Part shown: piece after piece, positions 1 through 12,000 of the stretch
How the letters are laid out: every line of letters starts with the position of its first letter
Numbering within the stretch: the first letter of the stretch is position 1
NCBI GenBank assembly: GCA_964016885.1
Contig: OZ024744.1
Location: 23,808,001 to 23,872,000, forward strand
Origin: Eledone cirrhosa
Lineage: Eukaryota
DNA: 64,000 nt
Direction: 5' to 3'
Made by a program: the position numbers and the translations under genes
Notes under the pieces: model-generated
What the model saw: only the letters and a program-made list of their open reading frames with translations
Databases searched by the model: none
What the model was told of the DNA's origin: nothing

Positions 1-3000
1 AACCTGAAGAACTGACTCGTTGTAACAACAGTTGAAACTTCAAATAAAACTCGTTTTAACAACAGTTGAATCTTAAGAACTGACTCGTGTTAACAACAAT
101 TGAATCTTAAGATAAAACTCGTTTTAACAAAAGTTGAATCTTAAGAACTGACTCGTTTTAACAACAGTTCAACCTTAAGAACTGACTAGTTTTAACAACA
201 GTTTAATCTTAGAATAAAATTCGTTTTAACAACAGTTGAATCTTAAGAACTGACTCGTTTTAACAAAAGTTGAATCTTATGAACTGACTCGTTTTAACAA
301 TAGTTGTCTCTTAAGATAAAACTCGTTTTAACAACAGTTGAATTTTAACACTGACTCGTTTTAACAACAGTTCTAACTTAAGAAATGATTCGTTTTAACA
401 ACAGTTGAATCTTAAAATAAAATTCGTTTAACAACAGTTGAATCTTAAGAACTGGCTCGTTTTAACATCACATGTATATTATGATAAAACTCGTTTTAAC
501 AACAGCTGTATCTTAAGAACTGACTCGATATAACAACAGTTGAACCTTAAGAACTACCTAGTTTTAACAACAGTTGAATGTTAAGAACTGACTCGTTTTA
601 ACAACAGTTCAATCTTAAGATAAAACTGATTATAACAACAGTTGCATCTTAAGAACTGACTTGTTTTAACAACAGTTGAATCTGAAGAACTGACTCGTTT
701 TAACAACAGTTGAATCTGAAGATAAAACTCGTTTAACAACAGTTGAATCTTAAGAACTGACTCGTTTTAACGACAGATGAATCTTATGATAAAACTCGTT
801 TTAACAACAGTTGAATCTTCAAATTAAACTCGTTTTAACAACAGTTGAATCATAAGAACTGATTCGTTTTAACAACAGTTGAATCTTAAGATAAAACTCA
901 TTTTAACAACAGTTGAATCTTAAGATAAAACTCGTTTTAACAACAATTGAATCTTAAGAACTGATTCGTTTTAACAACAGTTGAATCTTAAGATAAAACT
1001 AGTTTTAACAACAGTTGAATCTTAAGAACTGACTCGTTTTAACAACAGTTGAAACTTCAAATAAAACTCGTTTTAACAACAGTTGAATCTTAAGAACTGA
1101 CTCATTTTAACAACAGTTCAATCTTAAGAACTGATTCGTTTTAATAACAGTTGAATCTTAAGATAAAACTAGTTTTAATAACTGTTGAATCTTAAGATAA
1201 AACTCGTTTTAACAAGAGTTGAATCTTAAGAACTGACTCGTTTTAACAACAGTTGAATCTTAAATAAAACTCGTTTTAACAACAGTTGAATCTTAAGAAC
1301 TGACTCGTTTTAACAACAGTTGAATCTTAAGAACTGACTGGTTTTAACAACAGATGAATCTTAAGAACTGACTCGTTTTAACAACAGTTCAACCTTAAGA
1401 ACTGACTAGTTTTAACAACAGTTGAATCTCAAGAACTGACTCGTTTTAACAACAGTTGAATCTTAAGATAAAACTCGTTTTAACAACAGTTGAATCTTAA
1501 GAAATGACTCGTTTTAATAACAGTTGAATCTTAAGAACTGACTCGTTTTAACAACAGTTCAACCTAAAGAACTGACTCGTTGTAACAACAGTTGAAACTT
1601 CAAATGAAACTCGTTTTAACCACAGTTGAATCTTAAGAACTGAATCATTTTAACAACAGTTGAATCTTAAGAACTGACTCGTGTTAACAACAATTGAATC
1701 TTAAGATAAAACTCGTTTTAACAAAAGTTGAATCTTAAGAACTGACTCGTTTTAACAACAGTTCAACCTTAAGAACTGACTAGTTTTAACAACAGTTTAA
1801 TCTTAGAATAAAACTCGTTTTAACAACAGTTGAATCATAAGAACTGATTCGTTTTAACAACAGTTGAATCTTAAGAACTGACTCGTTTTAACAACAGCTG
1901 AATCTTAAGATAAAACTCGTTTTAACGACAGTTGAATCTTAAGAACTGACTCGTTTTATCAACAGTTCAACCTTAAGAACTGACTCATTTTAACAACAGT
2001 TGAATCTTCAAATAAAACTCGTTTTAACAACAGTTGAATCTTAAGAACTGATTCGTTTTAACATCAGCTGAATCTTAAGATAAACTCGTTTTAACAACAG
2101 TTGAATCTTAAGATAAACCTCGTTTTAACAACATTTGAATCTTAAGAACTGACTCGTTTTAACAACAGCTGAATCTTAAGATAAAACTCTTTTTAACAAC
2201 AGTTGAATCTTAAGAACTGATTCGTTTTATCAACAGTTCAACCTGAAGAACTGACTCGTTTTAACAACAGTTGAATCTTCAAATAAAACTCGTTTTAACA
2301 ACAGTTGAATCTTAAGAACTGACTCGTTTTAACAACAGTTGAATCTTAAGATAAAACTCGTTTTAACAACAGTTGAATCTTAAGAACTGACTCGTTTTAA
2401 CAACAGGTGAATCTTAAGAACTGACTGGTTTTAACAACAGTTGAATCTTAAATAAAACTCGTTTTAACAAAGGTTGAATATTAGGAACTGACTCGTTTTA
2501 AACAACAGTTGAATCTTAAGATAAAATTCGTTTTAACAACAGTTGAATCTTAAGAACTGACTCGTTTTAACAACAGTTGAATCTTAAGAACTGACTGGTT
2601 TTAACAACAGATGAATCTTAAGAACTGACTCGTTTTAACAACAGTTCAACCTTAAGAACTGACTAGTTTTAACAACAGTTGAATCTCAAGAACTGACTCG
2701 TTTTAACAACAGTTGAATCTTGAGATAAAACTCGTTTTAACAACAGTTGAATCTTAAGAAATGACTCGTTTTAATAACAGTTGAATCTTAGGAACTGACT
2801 CGTTTTAACAACAGTTCAACCTGAAGAACTGACTCGTTGTAACAACAGTTGAAACTTCAAATAAAACTCGTTTTAACCACAGTTGAATCTTAAGAACTGA
2901 ATCATTTTAACAACAGTTGAATCTTAAGAACTGACTCGTGTTTACAACAATTGAATCTTAAGATAAAACTCGTTTTAACAAAAGTTGAATCTTATGAACT

Positions 3001-6000
3001 GACTCGTTTTAACAACAGTTCAACCTTAAGAACTGACTAGTTTTAACAACAGTTTAATCTTAGAATAAAATTCGTTTTAACAACAGTTGAATCTTAAGAA
3101 CTGACTCGTTTTAACAAAAGTTGAATCTTACGAACTGACTCGTTTTAACAATAGTTGTCTCTTAAGATAAAACTCGTTTTAACAACAGTTGAATTTTAAA
3201 ACTGACTCGTTTTAACAACAGTTCTAACTTAAGAACTGATTCGTTTTAACAACAGTTGAATCTTAAAATAAAATTCGTTTAACAACAGTTGAATCTTAAG
3301 AACTGGCTCGTTTTAACATCACATGTATATTATGATAAAACTCGTTTTAACAACAGCTGTATCTTAAGAACTGACTCGATATAACAACAGTTGAATCTTA
3401 AGAACTACCTAGTTTTAACAACAGTTGAATGTTAAGAACTGACTCGTTTTAACAACAGTTCAATCTTAAGATAAAACTGATTATAACAACAGTTGCATCT
3501 TAAGAACTGACTTGTTTTAACAACAGTTGAATCTGAAGAACTGAGTCGTTTTAACAACAGTTGAATCTGAAGATAAAACTCGTTTAACAACAGTTGAATC
3601 TTAAGAACTGACTCGTTTTAACGACAGATGAATCTTATGATAAAACTCGTTTTAACAACAGTTGAATCTTCAAATTAAACTCGTTTTAACAACAGTTGAA
3701 TCATAAGAACTGATTCGTTTTAACAACAGTTGAATCTTAAGATAAAACTCATTTTAACAACAGTTGAATCTTAAGATAAAACTCGTTTTAACAACAGTTG
3801 AATTTTAAAACTGACTCGTTTTAACAACAGTTCAAACTTAAGAACTGATTCGTTTTAATAACAGTTGAATCTTCAAATAAAACTCGTTTTAACAACAGTT
3901 GAATCTTAAGAACTGATTCGTTTTAACAACAGCTGAATCTTAAGATAAACTCGTTTTAACAACAGTTGAATCTTAAGATAAACCTCGTTTTAACAACATT
4001 TGAATCTTAAGAACTGACTCGTTTTAACAACAGCTGCATCTTAAGATAAAACTCGTTTTAACAACAGTTAAATCTTAAGAACTGAATCGTTTTATCAACA
4101 GTTCAACCTGAAGAACTGACTCGTTTTAACAACAGTTGAATCTTTAAATAAAACTCGTTTTAACAACAGTTGAATCTTAAGAACTGACTCGTTTTAACAA
4201 CAGTTGAATCTTAAGATAAAACTCGTTTTAACAACAGCTGAATCTTAAGATAAAACTCGTTTTAACAACAGTTGAATCTTAAGAACTGACTCGTTTTAAC
4301 AACAGGTGGATCTTAAGAACTGACTGGTTTTAACAACAGTTGAATCTTAAATAAAACTCGTTTTAACAAAGGTTGAATATTAACAACTGACTCGTTTTAA
4401 ACAACAGTTGAATCTTAAGATAAAATTCGTTTTAACAAAAGTTGAATCTTACGAACTGACTCGTTTTAACAATAGTTGTCTCTTAAGATAAAACTCGTTT
4501 TAACAACAGTTGAATTTTAAAACTGACTCGTTTTAACAACAGTTCAAACTTAAGAACTGATTCGTTTTAACAACAGTTGAATCTTAAAGTAAAATTCGTT
4601 TAACAACAGTTGAATCTTAAGGACTGGCTCGTTTTAACATCACATGTATATTATGATAAAACTCGTTTTAACAACAGATGTATCTTAAGAACTGACTCGA
4701 TATAACAACAGTTGAATCTTAAGAACTACCTCGTTTTAACAACAGTTGAATGTTAAGAACTGACTCGTTTTAACAACAGTTCAATCTTAAGATAAAACTG
4801 ATTATAACAACAGTTGCCTCTTAAGAACTGACTTGTTTTAACAACAGTTGGATCTTAAGAACTGACTCGTTTTAACGACAGATGAATCTTATGATAAAAC
4901 TCGTTTTAACAACAATTGAATCTTAAGAACTGATTCGTTTTAACAACAGTTGAATGTTAAGATTAAACTAGTTTTAACAACAGTTGAATCTTAAGAACTG
5001 ACTCGTTTTAACAACAGTTGAAACTTCAAATAAAACTCGTTTTAACAACAGTTGAATCTTAAGAACTGACTCATTTTAACAACAGTTCAATCTTAAGAAC
5101 TGATTCGTTTTAACAACAGTTGAATCTTAAGATAAAACTAGTTTTAATAACTGTTGAATCTTAAGATAAAACTCGTTTTAACAAGAGTTGAATCTTAAGA
5201 ACTGACTCGTTTTAACAACAGTTGAATCTTAAATAAAACTCGTTTTAACAACAGTTGAATCTTAAGAACTGACTCGTTTTAACAACAGTTGAATCTTAAG
5301 AACTGACTGGTTTTAACAACAGATGAATCTCAAGAACTGACTCGTTTTAACAACAGTTCAACCTTAAGAACTGACTAGTTTTAACAACAGTTGAATCTCA
5401 AGAACTGACTCGGTTTAACAACAGTTGAATCTTAAGATAAAACTCGTTTTAACAACAGTTGAATCTTAAGAAATGACTCGTTTTAATAACAGTTGAATCT
5501 TAAGAACTGACTCGTTTTAACAACAGTTCAACCTTAAGAACTGACTCGTTGTAACAACAGTTGAAACTTCAAATAAAACTCGTTTTAACCACAGTTGAAT
5601 CTTAAGAACTGAATCATTTTAACAACAGTTGAATCTTAAGAACTGACTCGTGTTAACAACAATTGAATCTTAAGATAAAACTCGTTTTAACAAAAGTTGA
5701 ATCTTAAGAACTGACTCGTTTTAACAACAGTTCAGCCTTAAGAACTGACTAGTTTTAACAACAGTTTAATCTTAGAATAAAACTCGTTTTAACAACAGTT
5801 GAATCATAAGAACTGATTCGTTTTAACAACAGTTGAATCTTAAGATAAAACTCGTTTTAACAAAAATTGAATCTTAAGAACTGACTCGTTTTAACAACGG
5901 CTGAATCTTAAGATAAAACTCGTTTTAACGACAGTTGAATCTTAAGAACTGACTCGTTTTATCAACAGTTCAACCTTAAGAACTGACTCATTTTAACAAC

Positions 6001-9000
6001 AGTTGAATCTTCAAATAAAACTCGTTTTAACAACAGTTGAATCTTAAGAACTGAATCGTTTTAACATCAGCTGAATCTTAAGATAAACTCGTTTTAACAA
6101 CAGTTGAATCTTAAGATAAATCTCGTTTTAACAACATTTGAATCTTAAGAACTGACTCGTTTTAACAACAGCTGAATCTTAAGATAAAACTCGTTTTAAC
6201 AACAGTTAAATCTTAAGAACTGACTCGTTTTATCAACAGTTCAACCTGAAGAACTGACTCGTTTTAACAACAGTTGAATCTTAAGAACTGACTCGTTTTA
6301 ACAACAGGTGAATCTTAAGAACTGACTGGTTTTAACAACAGTTGAATCTTAAATAAAACTCGTTTTAACAAAGGTTGAATATTAAGAACTGACTCGTTTT
6401 AAACAACAGTTGAATCTTAAGATAAAATTCGTTTTAACAACAGTTGAATCTTAAGAACTGATTCGTTTTAACAACAGTTCAACCTAAGAACAGACTCGTT
6501 TTAACAACAGTTGAATCTTAAATAAAACTCGTTTTAACAACAGTTGAATCTTAAGAACTGACTCGTTTTAACAACAGTTGAATCTTAAGAACTGACTGGT
6601 TTTAACAACAGATGAATCTTAAGAACTGACTCGTTTTAACAACAGTTCAACCTGAAGAACTGACTCGTTGTAACAACAGTTGAAACTTCAAATAAAACTC
6701 GTTTTAACCACAGTTGAATCTTAAGAACTCAATCATTTTAACAACAGTTGAATTTTAAGAACTGACTCGTGTTAACAACAATTGAATCTTCAGATAAAAC
6801 TCGTTTTAACAAAAGTTGAATCTTAAGAACTGACTCGTTTTAACAACAGTTCAACCTTAAGAACTGACTAGTTTTAACAACAGTTTAATCTCAGAATAAA
6901 ATTCGTTTTAACAACAGTTGAATCTTAAGAACTGACTCGTTTTAACAAAAGTTGAATCTTACGAACTGACTCGTTTTAACAATAGATGTCTCTTAAGATA
7001 AAACTCGTTTTAACAACAGTTGAATTTTAAAACTGACTCGTTTTAACAACAGTTCAAACTTAAGAACTGATTCGTTTTAACAACAGTTGAATCTTAAAAT
7101 AAAATTCGTTTAACAACAGTTGAATCTTAAGAACTGGCTCGTTTTAACATCACATGTATATTATGATAAAACTCGTTTTAACAACAGCTGTATCTTAAGA
7201 GCTGACTCGATATAACAACAGTTGAATCTTAAGAACTACCTAGTTTTAACAACAGTTGAATGTTAAGAACTGACTCGTTTTAACAACAGTTCAATCTTAA
7301 GATAAAACTGATTATAACAACAGTTGCATCTTAAGAACTGAGATTGTTTTAACAACAGTTGAATCTGAAGAACTGACTCGTTTTAACAACAGTTGAATCT
7401 GAAGATAAAACTCGTTTAACAACAGTTGAATCTTAAGAACTGACTCGTTTTAACGACAGATGAATCTTATGATAAAACTCGTTTTAACAACAATTGAATC
7501 TTAAGAACTGATTCGTTTTAACTACAGTTGAATCTTAAGATAAAACTAGTTTTAACAACAGTTGAATCTTAAGATAAAACTAGTTTTAACAACAGTTGAA
7601 TCTTAAGAACTGACTCGTTTTAACAACAGTTGAAACTTCAAATAAAACTCGTTTTAACAACAGTTGAATCTTAAGAACTGACTCATTTTAACAACAGTTC
7701 AATCTTAAGAACTGATTCGTTTTAACAACAGTTGAATCTTAAGATAAAACTAGTTTTAATAACTGTTGAATCTTAAGATAAAACTCGTTTTAACAAGAGT
7801 TGAATCTTAAGAACTGACTCGTTTTAACAACAGTTGAATCTTAATTAAAACTCGTTTTAACAACAGTTGAATCTTAAGAACTGCCTCGTTTTATCAACAG
7901 TACAACCTTAAGAACTGACTCGTTTTAACAACAGTTGAATCTTCAAATAAAACTCGTTTTAACAACAGTTGAATCTTAAGAACTGACTCGTTTTAACAAC
8001 AGTTGAATCTTAAGATAAAACTCGTTTTAACAACAGTTGAATCTTAAGAACTGACTCGTTTTAACAACAGATGAATCTTAAGATCAAACTCGTTTTAACA
8101 ACAGTTGAATCTTAAGAACTGACTCGTTTTAACAACAGCTGAATCTTAAGATAAAACTCGTTTTAACGACAGTTGAATCTTAAGAACTGACTCGTTTTAT
8201 CAACAGTTCAACCTTAAGAACTGACTCATTTTAACAACAGTTGAATCTTCAAATAAAATTCGTTTTAACAACAGTTGAATCTTAAGAACTGATTCGTTTT
8301 AACATCAGCTGAATCTTAAGATAAACTCGTTTTAACAACAGTTGAATCTTAAGATAAACCTCGTTTTAACAACATTTGAATCTTAAGAACTGACTCGTTT
8401 TAACAACAGCTGAATCTTAAGATAAAACTCTTTTTAACAACAGTTGAATCTTAAGAACTGACTCGTTTTATCAACAGTTCAACCTGAAGAACTGACTCGT
8501 TTTAACAACAGTTGAATCTTCAAATAAAACTCGTTTGAACAACAGTTGAATCTTAAGAACTGACTCGTTTTAACAACAGTTGAATCTTAAGATAAAACTC
8601 GTTTTAACAACAGTTCAATCTTAAGAACTGACTCGTTTTAACAACAGGTGAATCTTAAGAACTGACTGGTTTTAACAACAGTTGAATCTTAAATAAAACT
8701 CGTTTTAACAAAGGTTGAATATTAAGAACTGACTCGTTTTAAACAACAGTTGAATCTTAAGATAAAATTCGTTTTAACAACAGTTGAATCTTAAGAACTG
8801 ATTCGTTTTAACAACAGTTCAACCTAAGAACAGACTCGTTTTAACAACAGTTGAATCTTAAATAAAACTCGTTTTAACAACAGTTGAATCTTAAGAACTG
8901 ACTCGTTTTAACAACAGTTGAATCTTAAGAACTGACTGGTTTTAACAACAGATGAATCTTTAGAACTGACTCGTTTTAACAACAGTTCAACCTTAAGAAC

Positions 9001-12000
9001 TGACTAGTTTTAACAACAGTTGAATCTCAAGAACTGACTCGTTTTAACAACAGATGAATCTTGAGATAAAACTCGTTTTAACAACAGTTGAATCTTAAGA
9101 AATGACTCGTTTTAATAACAGTTGAATCTTAAGAACTGACTCGTTTTAACAACAGTTCAACCTGAAGAACAGACTCGTTGTAACAACAGTTGAAACTTCA
9201 AATAAAACTCGTTTTAACCACAGTTGAATCTTAAGAACTGAATCATTTTAACAACAGTTGAATCTTAAGAACTGACTCGTGTTAACAACAATTGAATCTT
9301 AAGATAAAACTCGTTTTAACAAAAGTTGAATCTTAAGAACTGACTCGTTTTAACAACAGTTCAACCTTAAGAACTGACTAGTTTTAACAACAGTTTAATC
9401 TTAGAATAAAATTCGTTTTAACAACAGTTGAATCTTAAGAACTGACTCGTTTTAACAAAAGTTGAATCTTACGAACTGACTCGTTTTAACAATAGTTGTC
9501 TCTTAAGATAAACCTCGTTTTAACAACAGTTGAATTTTAAAACTGACTCGTTTTAACAACAGTTCTAACTTAAGAACTGATTCGTTTTAACAACAGTTGA
9601 ATCTTAAAATAAAATTCGTTTAACAACAGTTGAAACTTAAGAACTGGCTCGTTTTAACATCACATGCATATTATGATAAAACTCGTTTTAACAACAGCTG
9701 TATCTTAAGAACTGACTCGATATAACAACAGTTGAACCTTAAGAACTACCTAGTTTTAACAACAGTTGAATGTTAAGAACTGACTCGTTTTAACAACAGT
9801 TCAATCTTAAGATAAAACTGATTATAACAACAGTTGCATCTTAAGAACTGACTTGTTTTAACAACAGTTGAATCTGAAGAACTGACTCGTTTTAACAACA
9901 GTTGAATCTGAAGATAAAACTCGTTTAACAACAGTTGAATCTTAAGAACTGACTCGTTTTAACGACAGATGAATCTTATGATAAAACTCGTTTTAACAAC
10001 AGTTGAATCTTCAAATTAAACTCTTTTTAATAACAGTTGAATCATAAGAACTGATTCGTTTTAACAACAGTTGAATCTTAAGATAAAACTCATTTTAACA
10101 ACAGTTGAATCTTAAGATAAAACTCGTTTTAACAACAGTTGAATCTTAAGAACTGACTCGTTTTAACAACAGCTGAATCTTAAGATAAACTCGTTTTAAC
10201 AACAGTTGAATCTTAAGATAAACCTCGTTTTAACAACATTTGAATCTTAAGAACTGACTCGTTTTAACAACAGCTGCATCTTAAGATAAAACTCGTTTTA
10301 ACAACAGTTGAATCTTAAGAACTGACTCGTTTTATCAACAGTTCAACCTGAAGAATTACTCGTTTTAACAACAGTTGAATCTTCAAATAAAACTCGTTTT
10401 AACAACAGTTGAATCTTAAGAACTGACTCGTTTTAACAACAGTTGAATCTTAAGATAAAACTCGTTTTAACAACAGCTGAATCTTAAGATAAAACTCGTT
10501 TTAACAACAGTTGAATCTTAAGAACTGACTCGTTTTAACAACAGGTGAATCTTAAGAACTGACTGGTTTTAACAACAGTTGAATCTTAAATAAAACTCGT
10601 TTTAACAAAGGTTGAATATTAAGAACTGACTCGTTTTAAACAACAGTTGAATCTTAAGATAAAATTCGTTTTAACAAAAGTTGAATCTTACGAACTGACT
10701 CGTTTTAACAATAGTTGTCTCTTAAGATAAAACTCGTTTTAACAACAGTTGAATCTTAAGAACTGACTCGTTTTAACGACAGATGAATCTTATGATAAAA
10801 CTCGTTTTAACAACAATTGAATCTTAAGAACTGATTCGTTTTAACAACAGTTGAATCTTAAGATAAAACTAGTTTTAACAACAGTTGAATCTTAAGAACT
10901 GACTCGTTTTAACAACGGTTGAAACTTCAAATAAAACTCGTTTTAACAACAGTTGAATCTTAAGAACTGACTCATTTTAACAACAGTTCAATCTTAAGAA
11001 CTGATTCGTTTTAACAACAGTTGAATCTTAAGATAAAACTAGTTTTAATAACTGTTGAATCTTAAGATAAAACTCGTTTTAACAAGAGTTGAATCTTAAG
11101 AACTGACTCGTTTTAACAACAGTTGAATCTTAAATAAAACTCGTTTTAACAACAGTTGAATCTTAAGAACTGACTCGTTTTAACAACAGTTGAATCTTAA
11201 GAACTGACTGGTTTTAACAACAGATGAATCTTAAGAACTGACTCGTTTTAACAACAGTTCAACCTGAAGAACTGACTAGTTTTAACAACAGTTGAATCTC
11301 AAGAACTGACTCGTTTTAACAACAGTTGAATCTTAAGATAAAACTCGTTTTAACAACAGTTGAATCTTAAGAAATGACTCGTTTTAATAACAGTTGAATC
11401 TTAAGAACTGACTCGTTTTAACAACAGTTCAACCTAAAGAACTGACTCGTTGTAACAACAGTTGAAACTTCAAATGAAACTCGTTTTAACCACAGTTGAA
11501 TCTTAAGAACTGAATCATTTTAACAACAGTTGAATCTTAAGAACTGACTCGTGTTAACAACAATTGAATCTTAAGATAAAACTCGTTTTAACAAAAGTTG
11601 AATCTTAAGAACTGACTCGTTTTAACAACAGTTCAACCTTAAGAACTGACTAGTTTTAACAACAGTTTAATCTTAGAATAAAACTCGTTTTAACAACAGT
11701 TGAATCATAAGAACTGATTCGTTTTAACAACAGTTGAATCTTAAGAACTGACTCGTTTTAACAACAGCTGAATCTTAAGATAAAACTCGTTTTAACGACA
11801 GTTGAATCTTAAGAACTGACTCGTTTTATCAACAGTTCAACCTTAAGAACTGACTCATTTTAACAACAGTTGAATCTTCAAATAAAACTCGTTTTAACAA
11901 CAGTTGAATCTTAAGAACTGATTCGTTTTAACATCAGCTGAATCTTAAGATAAACTCGTTTTAACAACAGTTGAATCTTAAGATAAACCTCGTTTTAACA

